From: Oceanispirochaeta sp.
Lineage (GTDB): Bacteria; Spirochaetota; Spirochaetia; DSM-2461
Direction: 5' to 3'
DNA length: 64,000 nt
Assembly: GCA_963666275.2 (NCBI GenBank)
Contig: CAXXOA010000002.1
Location: forward strand, 2,112,001 to 2,176,000
This document shows, one piece after another, positions 29,289 through 39,020 of this stretch (positions are counted from its first letter, which is position 1; each line of letters begins with the position of its first letter). The position numbers and the translations under genes are program-made. The notes under the pieces are model-generated. The model saw only the letters and a program-made list of their open reading frames with translations. It searched no databases and was not told the origin of the DNA.

Positions 29289-29467
29289 TCCCATTCACTT
29301 TTATAGTCCCAAAGGCAGCTGATTTTTTCTCTCTTTTATCATTAAAAATTACTCAGATAGACTTAATTCACCGGACGTAACCATTCAAAACTTGCTGAAG
29401 AACAGCCTTCTGGTTCTGCAGAAACCGGGATGTTCTATTTAAAAACAAAGAAAAGAGAATTTAAAAA

Positions 29468-30631
29468 ATGACTGGTCAAAGGAAAAACCCTGAAAAAGTG
29501 TCTGGAACAAATCCGCTTTACAGTGAAATATTTACCTCCGAATTCCTCCGGGGGGGGAATCATTCACAGAAATATCAACTGGTTTGCCTACTCGGTTATT
29601 CTTCTTTTCAGTCTATCCACCTGGCTTTTTCAGGGAAACAGCATTGCCGGGCCTGTAGGAGTGGCCCTAGCGATGTTTAATCTGGTATATAACTTTCTGA
29701 TCGGATATTTCATCAATGACTATAAAAGGATCCACTATATAGGTTATGTGACAATCACACTGAATATAATTTCCCTAACAGTCTATAACTGTCTGGATGC
29801 CATGAACAATTCATTATTCCTGCCGGCTACATCGGCTACACTTCTTCTGTTCCCAGTCATTATTTTTCTTGCCTCTCTGAGGATCAACCATAAACTAGTT
29901 ATTTTTTCGACAGTTCTTTCTGTTGCTTCAATGGATGGCCTTTACCTTTATGTCGCTCATTTTCATGATCTTGATATCCATACAAGTGCCCTCTCCACCG
30001 ACTGGCTCAGCCGGGGATATAGAACCATTTATCTGATTATGATCGGGTATATGATCTCCAGAATCCCGAAAACCATGTACAGGATTCTGGGAAAACAGGA
30101 AGTTCTGAGACAGGAGACTCTGGTTCATCAGACAAAAGCCGAAAAAGACCCGCTCACAACTTTACATAACAGGCATTATCTGAACTCCTACTTTGAAAAC
30201 TACCGTCAGGCCTCATGCCTGCAGAACCAGAAATTCGCTCTACTTTACATCGATATCAATGATTTCAAACAGATCAACGATACCTACGGGCATGACTATG
30301 GAGATTTTGTTTTAATCTCCCTGGGAAAGGATCTGAGATCTGCTGTAAGAGATGAGGATATTGTAGCCCGGCTGGGGGGGATGAACTTGTGATCCTTGTC
30401 AAACTCCAGCCGGACAGGAAGGGCCTTGATGAAATGACTCAGAGAGTCTCCCGGGCGGTTGCCAGCCCCCGCAGCTTTCAGGATGTGACATTTCATATCA
30501 AATGCAGCATCGGGGTCGCTGTCTATCCGGATAAAGCTTCCTCACTGGATGAGCTTCTGAAGAAAGCGGACCAGGCTATGTATTCCGTCAAAAAACAGAA
30601 AAAACACGGCGTGGCCTACTGTTCCGGGTAA
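29468..30631 (+). pseudogene. Membrane GGDEF diguanylate cyclase, frameshifted at two G homopolymers
   Basis: DPLTTLHNR, DINDFKQINDTYGH, ARLGG|DEL, SIGVA..ADQAMY; shifts at G8 29550-29557 and G7 30374-30380. Confidence 0.8.
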
Positions 30632-30640
30632 AAAAGGTCT

Positions 30641-32275
30641 CTACAGGCTCTTCTGTTTCTCCAGATAGTAGGAGTAGTCTCCCTCATAGATTTTCATCTC
30701 GCCATGATCTATATGAAAAACCCTGTTGGCCAGGTGGCTCAGAAAGTAACGGTCATGGCTAACTACTATAACAGTGCCTTCAAACTCCTGCAGTGCCTCC
30801 AGCAGGACCTCCCGGCTGGCAATATCCAGATGGTTGGTCGGTTCGTCCAGTATCAGAAAGTTCAGGGGCTGAGCCAGAAGAGATGCCAGCATCACCCGGC
30901 TTTTCTCTCCTCCCGACAGGATCCCGATCTTCTTGTCCGCATCATCACCGGAAAACTGGAATGCCCCCAGCAGATTTTTGATGGTTCCCACTGACTCTCC
31001 CGGAAGAATGGCGGAAATCTCCTCGAATACGGTTCGGTTCGGGTCCAGAATATCCGATGAGTACTGACTGAAATAGCCGGTGCTCACACTGGCTCCGATG
31101 GCCGAGGTTCCTGAGGTGGCTTCGGTCTGGCCGCAGATCACTTTCAGCAGGGTCGACTTTCCCGCTCCGTTGACTCCGGTCAGGGCTATCTTGTTGCCCC
31201 GCTCAATGACAGCGTTGATCCCGGAAAAAACCTGATGATCCGTTCCGTCTTCCTGAGGCCAGGTTTTGGCCAGGTTTTCCATCTCAACCACCCTGTCTCC
31301 GCTACGGGGGCAGGGCTGAAACTGGAATTTCATTACCTTAGGATCCGGAGGTACCACAATCCTCTCCATCTTTTCAATCATTTTAACCCGGGACTGAACC
31401 TGGGCGGCATGGGAGGCCCGGGCGGCAAAGCGGGCAATGAACTCCTCTTCCTTGGCCAGCATGGCCTGCTGCCTTTTACTGGCCGCAATGAGCTGCTCCC
31501 GGCGGATCTCCCTCTCTCTCAGATAGAAGTCGTAATCACCGCTGTAGGTGGTGATGGTTTCTCCACCGGCCTCTATGGTACGGCTGCAGATCCGGGTCAT
31601 GAACTCCCTGTCATGACTGGTCATCATCAGGGCGCCTTTGAAAGACCCCAGCCACTGTTCCAGCCACAGGATCGATTCCATATCCAGATGGTTGGTGGGT
31701 TCGTCCATCAGGAGAACATCCGGATTCAGAAGCAGAATTTTCGCCAGGGCGATCCGCATTTTCCATCCTCCGCTGAAACTCTCCAGAGGCTGGTTCTGCC
31801 GGCTTTCGGGAATTCCCAGTCCGTCCAGGATCGCTTTGGCGCTGCTTTCCAGTTCGTATCCGCCCCGGTTCTGGTATTCCATCTGGACTTCTCCGTAACG
31901 GCCCATAAACCTGTCCATTTCCTCATCACTCATGGCGGCCATGGCCTCCATGTCCCCCATGGTGTGTTCCATGAGGGCTAGTTCTTCTCCCAGCTGATAG
32001 ACCCTGCCGGCTCCGGAGAGGACTTCCTCCAGGGCAGATCCGCCTGAAAGTTCTCCCGTATCCTGGGAGAAATAGCCGATGACAACGCCCGGATCTATGG
32101 TCACAGTGCCTTCATCGGGATGCTCTTCCCCTGTGATCAGTTTAAATACAGTGGATTTTCCCGCGCCGTTGGGGCCGACAAGGCCGATTCTGTCCTGAGG
32201 ACGGATCAGAAATGAGGAATCTCTGAAAAGGATACGATCACCGTAGGCAACGCGGATGCCCGAAAGATTGACCAT
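30641..32275 (-). CDS. ABC-F family ATPase
   Basis: Two ABC domains (GPNGAGKS, FSGGW, DEPTNHLD; GVNGAGKS, LSGGE), no TM. Confidence 0.93.
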   Translation of the reverse strand: MVNLSGIRVAYGDRILFRDSSFLIRPQDRIGLVGPNGAGKSTVFKLITGEEHPDEGTVTIDPGVVIGYFSQDTGELSGGSALEEVLSGAGRVYQLGEELALMEHTMGDMEAMAAMSDEEMDRFMGRYGEVQMEYQNRGGYELESSAKAILDGLGIPESRQNQPLESFSGGWKMRIALAKILLLNPDVLLMDEPTNHLDMESILWLEQWLGSFKGALMMTSHDREFMTRICSRTIEAGGETITTYSGDYDFYLREREIRREQLIAASKRQQAMLAKEEEFIARFAARASHAAQVQSRVKMIEKMERIVVPPDPKVMKFQFQPCPRSGDRVVEMENLAKTWPQEDGTDHQVFSGINAVIERGNKIALTGVNGAGKSTLLKVICGQTEATSGTSAIGASVSTGYFSQYSSDILDPNRTVFEEISAILPGESVGTIKNLLGAFQFSGDDADKKIGILSGGEKSRVMLASLLAQPLNFLILDEPTNHLDIASREVLLEALQEFEGTVIVVSHDRYFLSHLANRVFHIDHGEMKIYEGDYSYYLEKQKSL

Positions 32276-32406
32276 GAAATACTCTCCTGATAAGCAAAAT
32301 ATAGGGGGGGAAAACCCGGGGATTTTACTTTATTGTTTTTACAGTGTCAATTTACAAAAGACTCCGAGGCGTGATATTCAGGGGCTAATGGGCAAAAGAG
32401 GGAGAG

Positions 32407-33915
32407 TTACTTATTCAATTCCCTGTCAATTTCACTGTATAGTTCGGGATAGAGTTCTTTGACGCAATCCGGACAGAGATTGTGGGAGAACTGTGCGGAG
32501 CTTCTGTCGGATATATATTTTTCAACCTGTTCCCAGTACCCTTTGTCATCCCGGACCCTTTTACAGTTGGCGCAGATCGGAATAAATTCTCTCAGCTCCT
32601 GAATCTCCGCCAGGGCTTTTTTCAGATCCAGAATCAAATCTTCCCGTTCCTTTTCCATTTTTTTCCGAATGCTGATATCTTCGACAAAACCAAAAAAGGA
32701 GAGGCCGTCGCCATAGATATTCTCTAATTTTGAAACAGTAATATTCATCCAGAAAAAGTTACCATCTTTCCTTTTATAACGTTTTTCCAGAGAGTAGGAG
32801 GGGATCTTTTCATCCTTCAGATCCTTCAGAAGTTTTCTTTCGACAGGGATGTCCTCGGGATGGGTCATCTCGTCTATAGTATGATTTAATAGTTCATCTC
32901 TTCCATAGCCCAGCATGGTAAGGAGAGACTGATTGGCATCAATAATTTCTCCTTCACTGTTTATCACAACAAAACCCAGAGGAGCCAGGTTGATAAGGGC
33001 TCTGTATTTCTTTTCACTTTTCTGCACAAGGATTTCGGACATTTTCTTTTCTGTTATATCCTGAAAGGATCCCTGAATACTTGAAAATTCCCCGTTTTTC
33101 ATAAGAGGGGGATCGCAGATAGTTCTGATCCATTTATGAGAGCCTTCGGCATCGGTCATCTCCATTTCTATATCGTAGTTTGTTCCCTCTTTCACTGCCT
33201 CATAGAATGCGGATTCAAGAATTTTTCGATTTTTATCATCAAAAAACTGAAGGGCCTGTTCCGGATTGGCTTCTCCGCCGGGTTCCAGACCGAATATGCG
33301 ATAGACTTCATCTGTCCATTGGGACACCCCTTTTTCAATCCCGTATTTCCATGCGCCGATTTTTACAAGGCGCTCCATGTCTCTGAGGAGTCTGTCTTTA
33401 TCCTTCAGCTGTTCCTCATTTTCTAGGCGCTGGGTTATGTCTCTTGTAAAAGCCACCGAAAAGGATTTCCCCCTGTATTCCAGCAGATTGCTGTAAATTT
33501 CAACAGGAATCAGAGAGCCGTCCTTTCTCCTGTGCCATCTCATGGCGAAATCCTGGATATTCTCCTTCTCCAGATTTTTCCAGAAGGTGATTCCCTCTTC
33601 GGGAGTGGAGACTCTGTCAATATCCCCTAAGCTCATATTCTCCAGCTCTTCTTTTGTATATCCCAGCATCTCGGCAGCTTTCCTGTTCACTTCCTGGATG
33701 GAGCCGTCAGGTCTGATCAGAAAAATCCCTATATTGGCACTGTCAATAATGGTCCGGGATAGATACAGGGATTCTGCAATCTCCTTCCGTTCCGGATTTG
33801 TTCCTGAGTATTCTTTGCGGCCATGGGAATTATTCTGCTCCCCAGCGGCCAGACGGGCACGGAGGAGCTGGAGCTCCTCTATCAGCTGTGATCGGTTTTT
33901 CTCTTCATCTTTCAA
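32407..33915 (-). CDS. Multi-PAS signal protein with C-terminal Cys-rich domain
   Basis: Three PAS/PAC repeats; IPICANCKRVRDDKGYW..SHNLCPDC. Confidence 0.85.
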   Translation of the reverse strand: MKDEEKNRSQLIEELQLLRARLAAGEQNNSHGRKEYSGTNPERKEIAESLYLSRTIIDSANIGIFLIRPDGSIQEVNRKAAEMLGYTKEELENMSLGDIDRVSTPEEGITFWKNLEKENIQDFAMRWHRRKDGSLIPVEIYSNLLEYRGKSFSVAFTRDITQRLENEEQLKDKDRLLRDMERLVKIGAWKYGIEKGVSQWTDEVYRIFGLEPGGEANPEQALQFFDDKNRKILESAFYEAVKEGTNYDIEMEMTDAEGSHKWIRTICDPPLMKNGEFSSIQGSFQDITEKKMSEILVQKSEKKYRALINLAPLGFVVINSEGEIIDANQSLLTMLGYGRDELLNHTIDEMTHPEDIPVERKLLKDLKDEKIPSYSLEKRYKRKDGNFFWMNITVSKLENIYGDGLSFFGFVEDISIRKKMEKEREDLILDLKKALAEIQELREFIPICANCKRVRDDKGYWEQVEKYISDRSSAQFSHNLCPDCVKELYPELYSEIDRELNK

Positions 33916-34135
33916 AATATCTCTCCCGGAAAGATGTTTCTATTTTTAAATCTGTCTAATTCAAAGTATAGGAACCCGCAGATGAAGTTAAAAATAGTTT
34001 TTGTGAAGTTTTTCTGCAGATCATCAGGAATCCTGATATCTCTCAGCCTAATGGTTCCGGGAACCTCCCCGGTGGCATTTTTCTTCCTCCGGTAGAGATG
34101 TTTCTCCTCTCCCCGGAATCTCTGCCAGGTATCTG

Positions 34136-34347
34136 TGTATAGATGCACACTACGGATTTGTAGGAAAACCCTGTTTAATCCTCACTGAATTCAGGGAACC
34201 CGGTAGGATTTCTCAGAAGGGAAGAAATATCGGGGTTTGGTCATACAGAAATGTCATATCTACTGAAATGTAAAAAATGAAAGGAACCGGCCTCTTTCTC
34301 CGTATGTGTAAATGCATATTGCTGGAGAGCGGGAAGATACCTAAAGT
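34136..34347 (+). promoter_or_regulatory. Three operator-like boxes plus sigma70 promoter TTGCTG-N17-TAAAGT
   Basis: Collinear match to 45991-46203 on the minus strand. Confidence 0.75.
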
Positions 34348-34378
34348 TAGGGCAGAACTTGAAAGGGGATAGCTGGTT

Positions 34379-35041
34379 ATGAAGAGTCCGCGTATTGGAA
34401 TTTTACGGGTTTTAACAACGGAAGATCAGGCTGTGATGATGGCCCATCAGAATAAGCTGCAGGATCTGTTTCCCCACTGGACTTTTACAACCAGATGCAT
34501 CCCCGATCAGTACGAGGGCATACATGACGATGAAACCCATGAAGCCGCCCTGCCCAAGATTCGGCAGATGGCCTGTGAATGGGAAGGGGACCTGGATGGT
34601 CTCATTATCAGCTGCGCCGGCGATCCCGGTGTGACAGAACTCAGAGAGGTCCTCTCCATTCCCGTCATCGGCGGGGGGATCGCAGCCTCCTCTCTCAGCC
34701 TGACCATGGGAAAAAAAGTCGGTGTCATCGGGATCGAAAAAACTGTTCCCCCCAACTATCCCCGGATCCTGGGGGAACATTTCGGTGGTTATATCCTCCC
34801 TGCGGGAATCGTCAATACCAACGATCTCGGGACCGGGGCGGGAAAAGCCGCCGTGGTACAGGCTGCAGAGGATTTGAAGGACAGAGGCTGTGATGTCATC
34901 GCCTTTGCCTGTACGGGGCTGACAACGGCAAAGGCCGCGTCTCTTCTCTATCCGGTCGGTCTTCCTGTGGTGGATGCTGTGATAGCCGAGGGGATAGCCA
35001 TGGATGTAATGCTGAAATCTTCAGGATGGTTTGAGGTTTAA
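34379..35041 (+). CDS. Asp/Glu/hydantoin racemase family protein
   Basis: IISCAGDPG and FACTG two-cysteine motifs. Confidence 0.85.
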   Translation: MKSPRIGILRVLTTEDQAVMMAHQNKLQDLFPHWTFTTRCIPDQYEGIHDDETHEAALPKIRQMACEWEGDLDGLIISCAGDPGVTELREVLSIPVIGGGIAASSLSLTMGKKVGVIGIEKTVPPNYPRILGEHFGGYILPAGIVNTNDLGTGAGKAAVVQAAEDLKDRGCDVIAFACTGLTTAKAASLLYPVGLPVVDAVIAEGIAMDVMLKSSGWFEV

Positions 35042-35042
35042 A

Positions 35043-36125
35043 ATGATGGAACTGACAAAAGAACTGGCAACGGCAGCCCTTTACGGAGGTCTCTTCCTCG
35101 GAGGCGGCGGCGGAGGTCATCTCAAGGGGGGGCTGGAAACTCTGGAAGCGGCTCTCTCTCTGGGAACAATCCATATGCTGGATCTCGATGAATTTGATTC
35201 AGACGGTCTGGTTATTACCGCTTCTGCAGTGGGATCCCCTGCTTCAAAAGAGGGCTATCTTTCCACCGATCAGGTCCTGGCGGCCTTTGAACTGATTCAG
35301 AGCCGGCTGGATGCTCCCGTTAAGGGGATTATAACCAATGAGAACGGGGGGCACTCCACTTCAAACGGCTGGATCCTTTCCGCCTCAACAGGCCTGCCCT
35401 TTATCGATGCGCCCTGCAACGGAAGAGCCCATCCGACAGGAGTCATGGGCAGCATGGGGATGGATCTTCTCCCCGACTACAGATCCCTGCAGGCTGCTGC
35501 GGGCGGAAGGGGAAGGAAAGCCCTGGAGGTCACTGCTTCAGGTGATATGAACAGCTGTGCGGGGATCATCCGCCAGGCCGCGGTCAGTGCGGGTGGGCTT
35601 GTGAGTGTTTACAGGAATCCTGTCAAAGCCTCGTACCTGTCGGACCATGCCGCTCCCGGAGGGATAGCTCAGGCTGTCCGGGTGGGAGAGCTCTTTATGA
35701 AGTCCCGGGACAAAGAGGAACTGTACAGATCCCTCACAGAGCTTCTGGATATGGAAGTACTTGTCTCCGGCAAGGTCAGTGAGTTCTCTCTTACCATTGA
35801 AGGGGGATTTGACCACGGCTATCTCTGCATCTCAGATGGGAAGGATACCTGGAAAACAACCTTCTGGAACGAGTTCATGTCTGTAGATGTCAACGGAAAA
35901 CGGATCTCAACCTTCCCCGATCTGATTGCCTGTCTGGACAGTGGGAGCGGCCGGGTCGTTACAAGTGCGGAAATGAGCCGGGACAGAAATATTGATGTTG
36001 TCCGTGTTCCCATGGAGAAACTGATCCTTGGTGCGGGAATGCGCAACCGGGGGCAGTTCGAGCTGGTTGAAACGGTACTGGGAATCTCCATGATTCCCTA
36101 TCTGGATAAAGGATTTTTACAATGA
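35043..36125 (+). CDS. DUF917 family protein
   Basis: LGGGGGG, VGSP, ENGG, DAPCNGRAHP, GGFDHG, WNEF, TFPDLI. Confidence 0.82.
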   Translation: MMELTKELATAALYGGLFLGGGGGGHLKGGLETLEAALSLGTIHMLDLDEFDSDGLVITASAVGSPASKEGYLSTDQVLAAFELIQSRLDAPVKGIITNENGGHSTSNGWILSASTGLPFIDAPCNGRAHPTGVMGSMGMDLLPDYRSLQAAAGGRGRKALEVTASGDMNSCAGIIRQAAVSAGGLVSVYRNPVKASYLSDHAAPGGIAQAVRVGELFMKSRDKEELYRSLTELLDMEVLVSGKVSEFSLTIEGGFDHGYLCISDGKDTWKTTFWNEFMSVDVNGKRISTFPDLIACLDSGSGRVVTSAEMSRDRNIDVVRVPMEKLILGAGMRNRGQFELVETVLGISMIPYLDKGFLQ

Positions 36126-36796
36126 AATTAGGTGTAATAACAGTAGGACAGTCCCCCAGAACGGACTTTACAGATGATGTGGCCGAGGCTTTCTCTCCTG
36201 ATGTGGAACTTCTGCAGAGAGGCGCTCTGGATTCTTTCACAAGGGACACTCTCCCTTCTATCGCCCCCGAGGAGGGGGATGCGGTTCTGGTTTCCAGAAT
36301 GCGGGACGGATCTCAGGCCACATTTGCCGAGAAGCATGTCCTGCCGCTGCTGCAGGAGGCTATTGATGATCTGGAAGAGAAAGGCTGCCAGGTTATCCTG
36401 CTCCTTTGCACCGGTAAATTTCCTCCTTTCAGGCATGATTCCATCCTTATAAAGCCCCAGGAGATCCTTCCCGGAGTGGTCGAGAAAATAGCCGCAGGAA
36501 AGAGACTGGGGATACTCATTCCCGAAAAAGAACAGATTCCCCAGATGCGCCAGTGGTGGAGCATCGAAGACGAACGGCTCTGCACGGCAAGCGGTTCTCC
36601 CTACGGGGAACTGAAGCATGTGGAGGCAGCCGCAGAGGAGCTGCGCCGCCAGGGGGCGGATCTGATCTATCTGGACTGCATGGGATATTCAAGGCATATG
36701 AAAGAAAGGGTTTCCGCCATTGCGGGAGTTCCCGTCATCCTGCCCAGAATGCTGATCGTCCGTATTATCAATGAGCTGCTGGAAGGGCAGGGCTGA
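36122..36796 (+). CDS. aroM: AroM family protein (racemase-like fold)
   Basis: TVGQSPRTD, LVSRMRDG, LLCTG, SPY, LDCMGY. Confidence 0.85.
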   Translation: MKLGVITVGQSPRTDFTDDVAEAFSPDVELLQRGALDSFTRDTLPSIAPEEGDAVLVSRMRDGSQATFAEKHVLPLLQEAIDDLEEKGCQVILLLCTGKFPPFRHDSILIKPQEILPGVVEKIAAGKRLGILIPEKEQIPQMRQWWSIEDERLCTASGSPYGELKHVEAAAEELRRQGADLIYLDCMGYSRHMKERVSAIAGVPVILPRMLIVRIINELLEGQG

Positions 36797-36869
36797 TTCT
36801 GATTTTTTCACATAGACCTGTTGAGAGACCCTGTTGCGGCGGGGAAGTGGGAAGGAAGGAAATGAGATT

Positions 36870-37970
36870 ATGAAAGATATACTGAGCCGTTTTATGGAAT
36901 ATGTGCAGATTGACAGTGAATCGGGCAATGAAAAAGCCATGATGGAGGTTCTCAAAGAGGAACTGACCGCCCTGGGCGCTGAGATCTATCTGGATGATGC
37001 GGGCGCAAAAGTCGGATCCAATGGGGCGAATCTCTATGCTTTTTTCAGGGGGGATCCCTCCCGGGAGCCGCTCCTTTTTTCCTGCCATATGGACACGGTC
37101 GCCCCGGGAGTGGGCATCAGGCCTGTTGTGATAGACGGTATCATCCAAAGCGAAGGGGATACCATTCTGGGAGGAGACGACAAGTCGGGAATCAGCGCTC
37201 TTATGGACGCCCTGACAAGAGTCCGGGCCCGGGAGGAAGGGCATGCCCCCGTTGAGATCATTTTCACCATCTGCGAAGAGGGAGGGCTGAAAGGTTCGGC
37301 CAATCTGGATTACTCCCGCCTTTCTGCAAAGGAAGGGTATGTCCTGGACAGCAGCGGCCCTGTGGGGAAGATCATAGTCCAGGCCCCCACCCAGTTCAAA
37401 ATTACCGCTGACATCAGGGGCAAAGCCGCGCATGCGGGGCTGTCCCCCGAAAAAGGCGTCAGTGCCATCCAGGTCGGCGCTGCTGCTCTGGCAGGGATAA
37501 ATCTTCTCAGGATCGACGAGGAGACCACAGCGAATATCGGGACTTTCCAGTCTGCCGGGCCGACCAATATCGTCAGGGATTCTGCTCAGGTGATTGCTGA
37601 GGTGCGGAGTCTCTCCATAGAAAAAGCCGAAGCCCAGATTGCCCATATGAAGGACTGTTTCACAGAAGAAGCCGAAAAGGCCGGGGCGGAAGTCAGTATT
37701 GAAGTGTCCTGCCTGTATGAGTCCTACAATTTCTCTTCTCGGGACCAGGTGGTCGCCTTTGCGCAGGAGTGTTTTGAGGCGGCGGGAATAGAGTCTTTCA
37801 CCGCTTCCACAGGCGGGGGAAGCGATGCCAACAACTACAATGCCAGGGGCATTCATGTCCTGAATCTGGGATGCGGGGTTACAGGCCCTCATTCCTTTGA
37901 GGAGAGTCTTCCCGCTGAAGAACTGGAACGGCTCTCCCGGCTGGTCTACACCATGATTGTATCAAGATAG
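36870..37970 (+). CDS. M20 peptidase T-like metallohydrolase
   Basis: CHMDTV, GGDDKSG, CEEGGL, HAG, GGGSDAN, PHSFEE. Confidence 0.9.
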   Translation: MKDILSRFMEYVQIDSESGNEKAMMEVLKEELTALGAEIYLDDAGAKVGSNGANLYAFFRGDPSREPLLFSCHMDTVAPGVGIRPVVIDGIIQSEGDTILGGDDKSGISALMDALTRVRAREEGHAPVEIIFTICEEGGLKGSANLDYSRLSAKEGYVLDSSGPVGKIIVQAPTQFKITADIRGKAAHAGLSPEKGVSAIQVGAAALAGINLLRIDEETTANIGTFQSAGPTNIVRDSAQVIAEVRSLSIEKAEAQIAHMKDCFTEEAEKAGAEVSIEVSCLYESYNFSSRDQVVAFAQECFEAAGIESFTASTGGGSDANNYNARGIHVLNLGCGVTGPHSFEESLPAEELERLSRLVYTMIVSR

Positions 37971-38037
37971 CGATGGAAAACCCTGTACCTGCGTACAGAT
38001 GAAAATATTAGATTTTAATGATAGTAAGGATAAAAAT

Positions 38038-38985
38038 ATGCTTATCAGACAAGTAATGGAACTTTTCGATCTTTTAGACAAACCCTCTGCCAATGGTCTT
38101 GAAGTGGCCCGGATGTTTCAGGCCAGGGGAATTCAGGATGTGGTTGTGACCACTCTGGAGGGAGACAAGGGATCCACCGACTGTATCCGGGTGGTGATTC
38201 CCGGGAAAAACGGCAAATCTGCGGGAGGCTCTGTTCCCACTCTGGGAATCATCGGCCGCCTGGGAGGTCTGGGTGCCAGACCGGAAATGACTGGATTCGT
38301 CTCAGACGGGGACGGAGCCCTGGCGGCCCTTGCGGCGGCACTCAAACTGGGTGAAATGCATGTAAACGGAGACGTCCTGGAAGGGGACGTGATCATCACG
38401 ACTCATATCTGCCCCGATGCTCCTACCAGAGAGCACTACCCCGTGCCTTTCATGGACTCTCCCATCAGTATGGAACAGATGAACACCACAGAAATTGTCC
38501 CGGAAATGGACTGCATTGTATCGATTGATACAACCAAGGGAAATGAAGTGATCAATGTCAACGGAATCGCTATTTCTCCCACTGTGAAAGAGGGGTATAT
38601 CCTTCCTGTCAGTTACGACATGCTTCAGATTATGAAAAGGGTTACAGGAACAAAACCGGCTGTATTTGCCCTGTCCACCCAGGACATTACACCCTATGAG
38701 AATAATCTGTCCCATATCAACAGCATTCTCCAGCCGGCCATAGCCACGGATGCTCCGGTCGTGGGAGTTGCCGTTACCACCGAGGCTCCCGTTGCGGGCT
38801 GTGCCACTGGAGCTTCCAGCTTTATCAGTATCGAACAGGCCTCCCGTTTTGCTGTGGAGGTTGCCAAAGACCTCAGCAAGGATATCTGTTCTTTCTATGA
38901 CAAGGAGAACTTTAAAAAACTCTCGGCCCTCTACGGCCATATGACTCACCTTCAGACCCCCGGAAAGGATCTGGCAGGGGTATAA
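38038..38985 (+). CDS. DUF1177 family protein
   Basis: GIIGRLGGLGARP, VSDGDG, THICPDAPT, SIDTTKGN, QDITPY, HINSILQP. Confidence 0.82.
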   Translation: MLIRQVMELFDLLDKPSANGLEVARMFQARGIQDVVVTTLEGDKGSTDCIRVVIPGKNGKSAGGSVPTLGIIGRLGGLGARPEMTGFVSDGDGALAALAAALKLGEMHVNGDVLEGDVIITTHICPDAPTREHYPVPFMDSPISMEQMNTTEIVPEMDCIVSIDTTKGNEVINVNGIAISPTVKEGYILPVSYDMLQIMKRVTGTKPAVFALSTQDITPYENNLSHINSILQPAIATDAPVVGVAVTTEAPVAGCATGASSFISIEQASRFAVEVAKDLSKDICSFYDKENFKKLSALYGHMTHLQTPGKDLAGV

Positions 38986-38987
38986 TC

Positions 38988-39020
38988 AAAGGGGCTACCG
39001 GAACAATCCGGGAGCCTTTT
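38988..39020. terminator. Probable terminator between convergent DUF1177 and PucR genes
   Basis: GGCT(A)CCGG...CCGG(G)AGCC imperfect stem, A and T tails. Confidence 0.55.
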
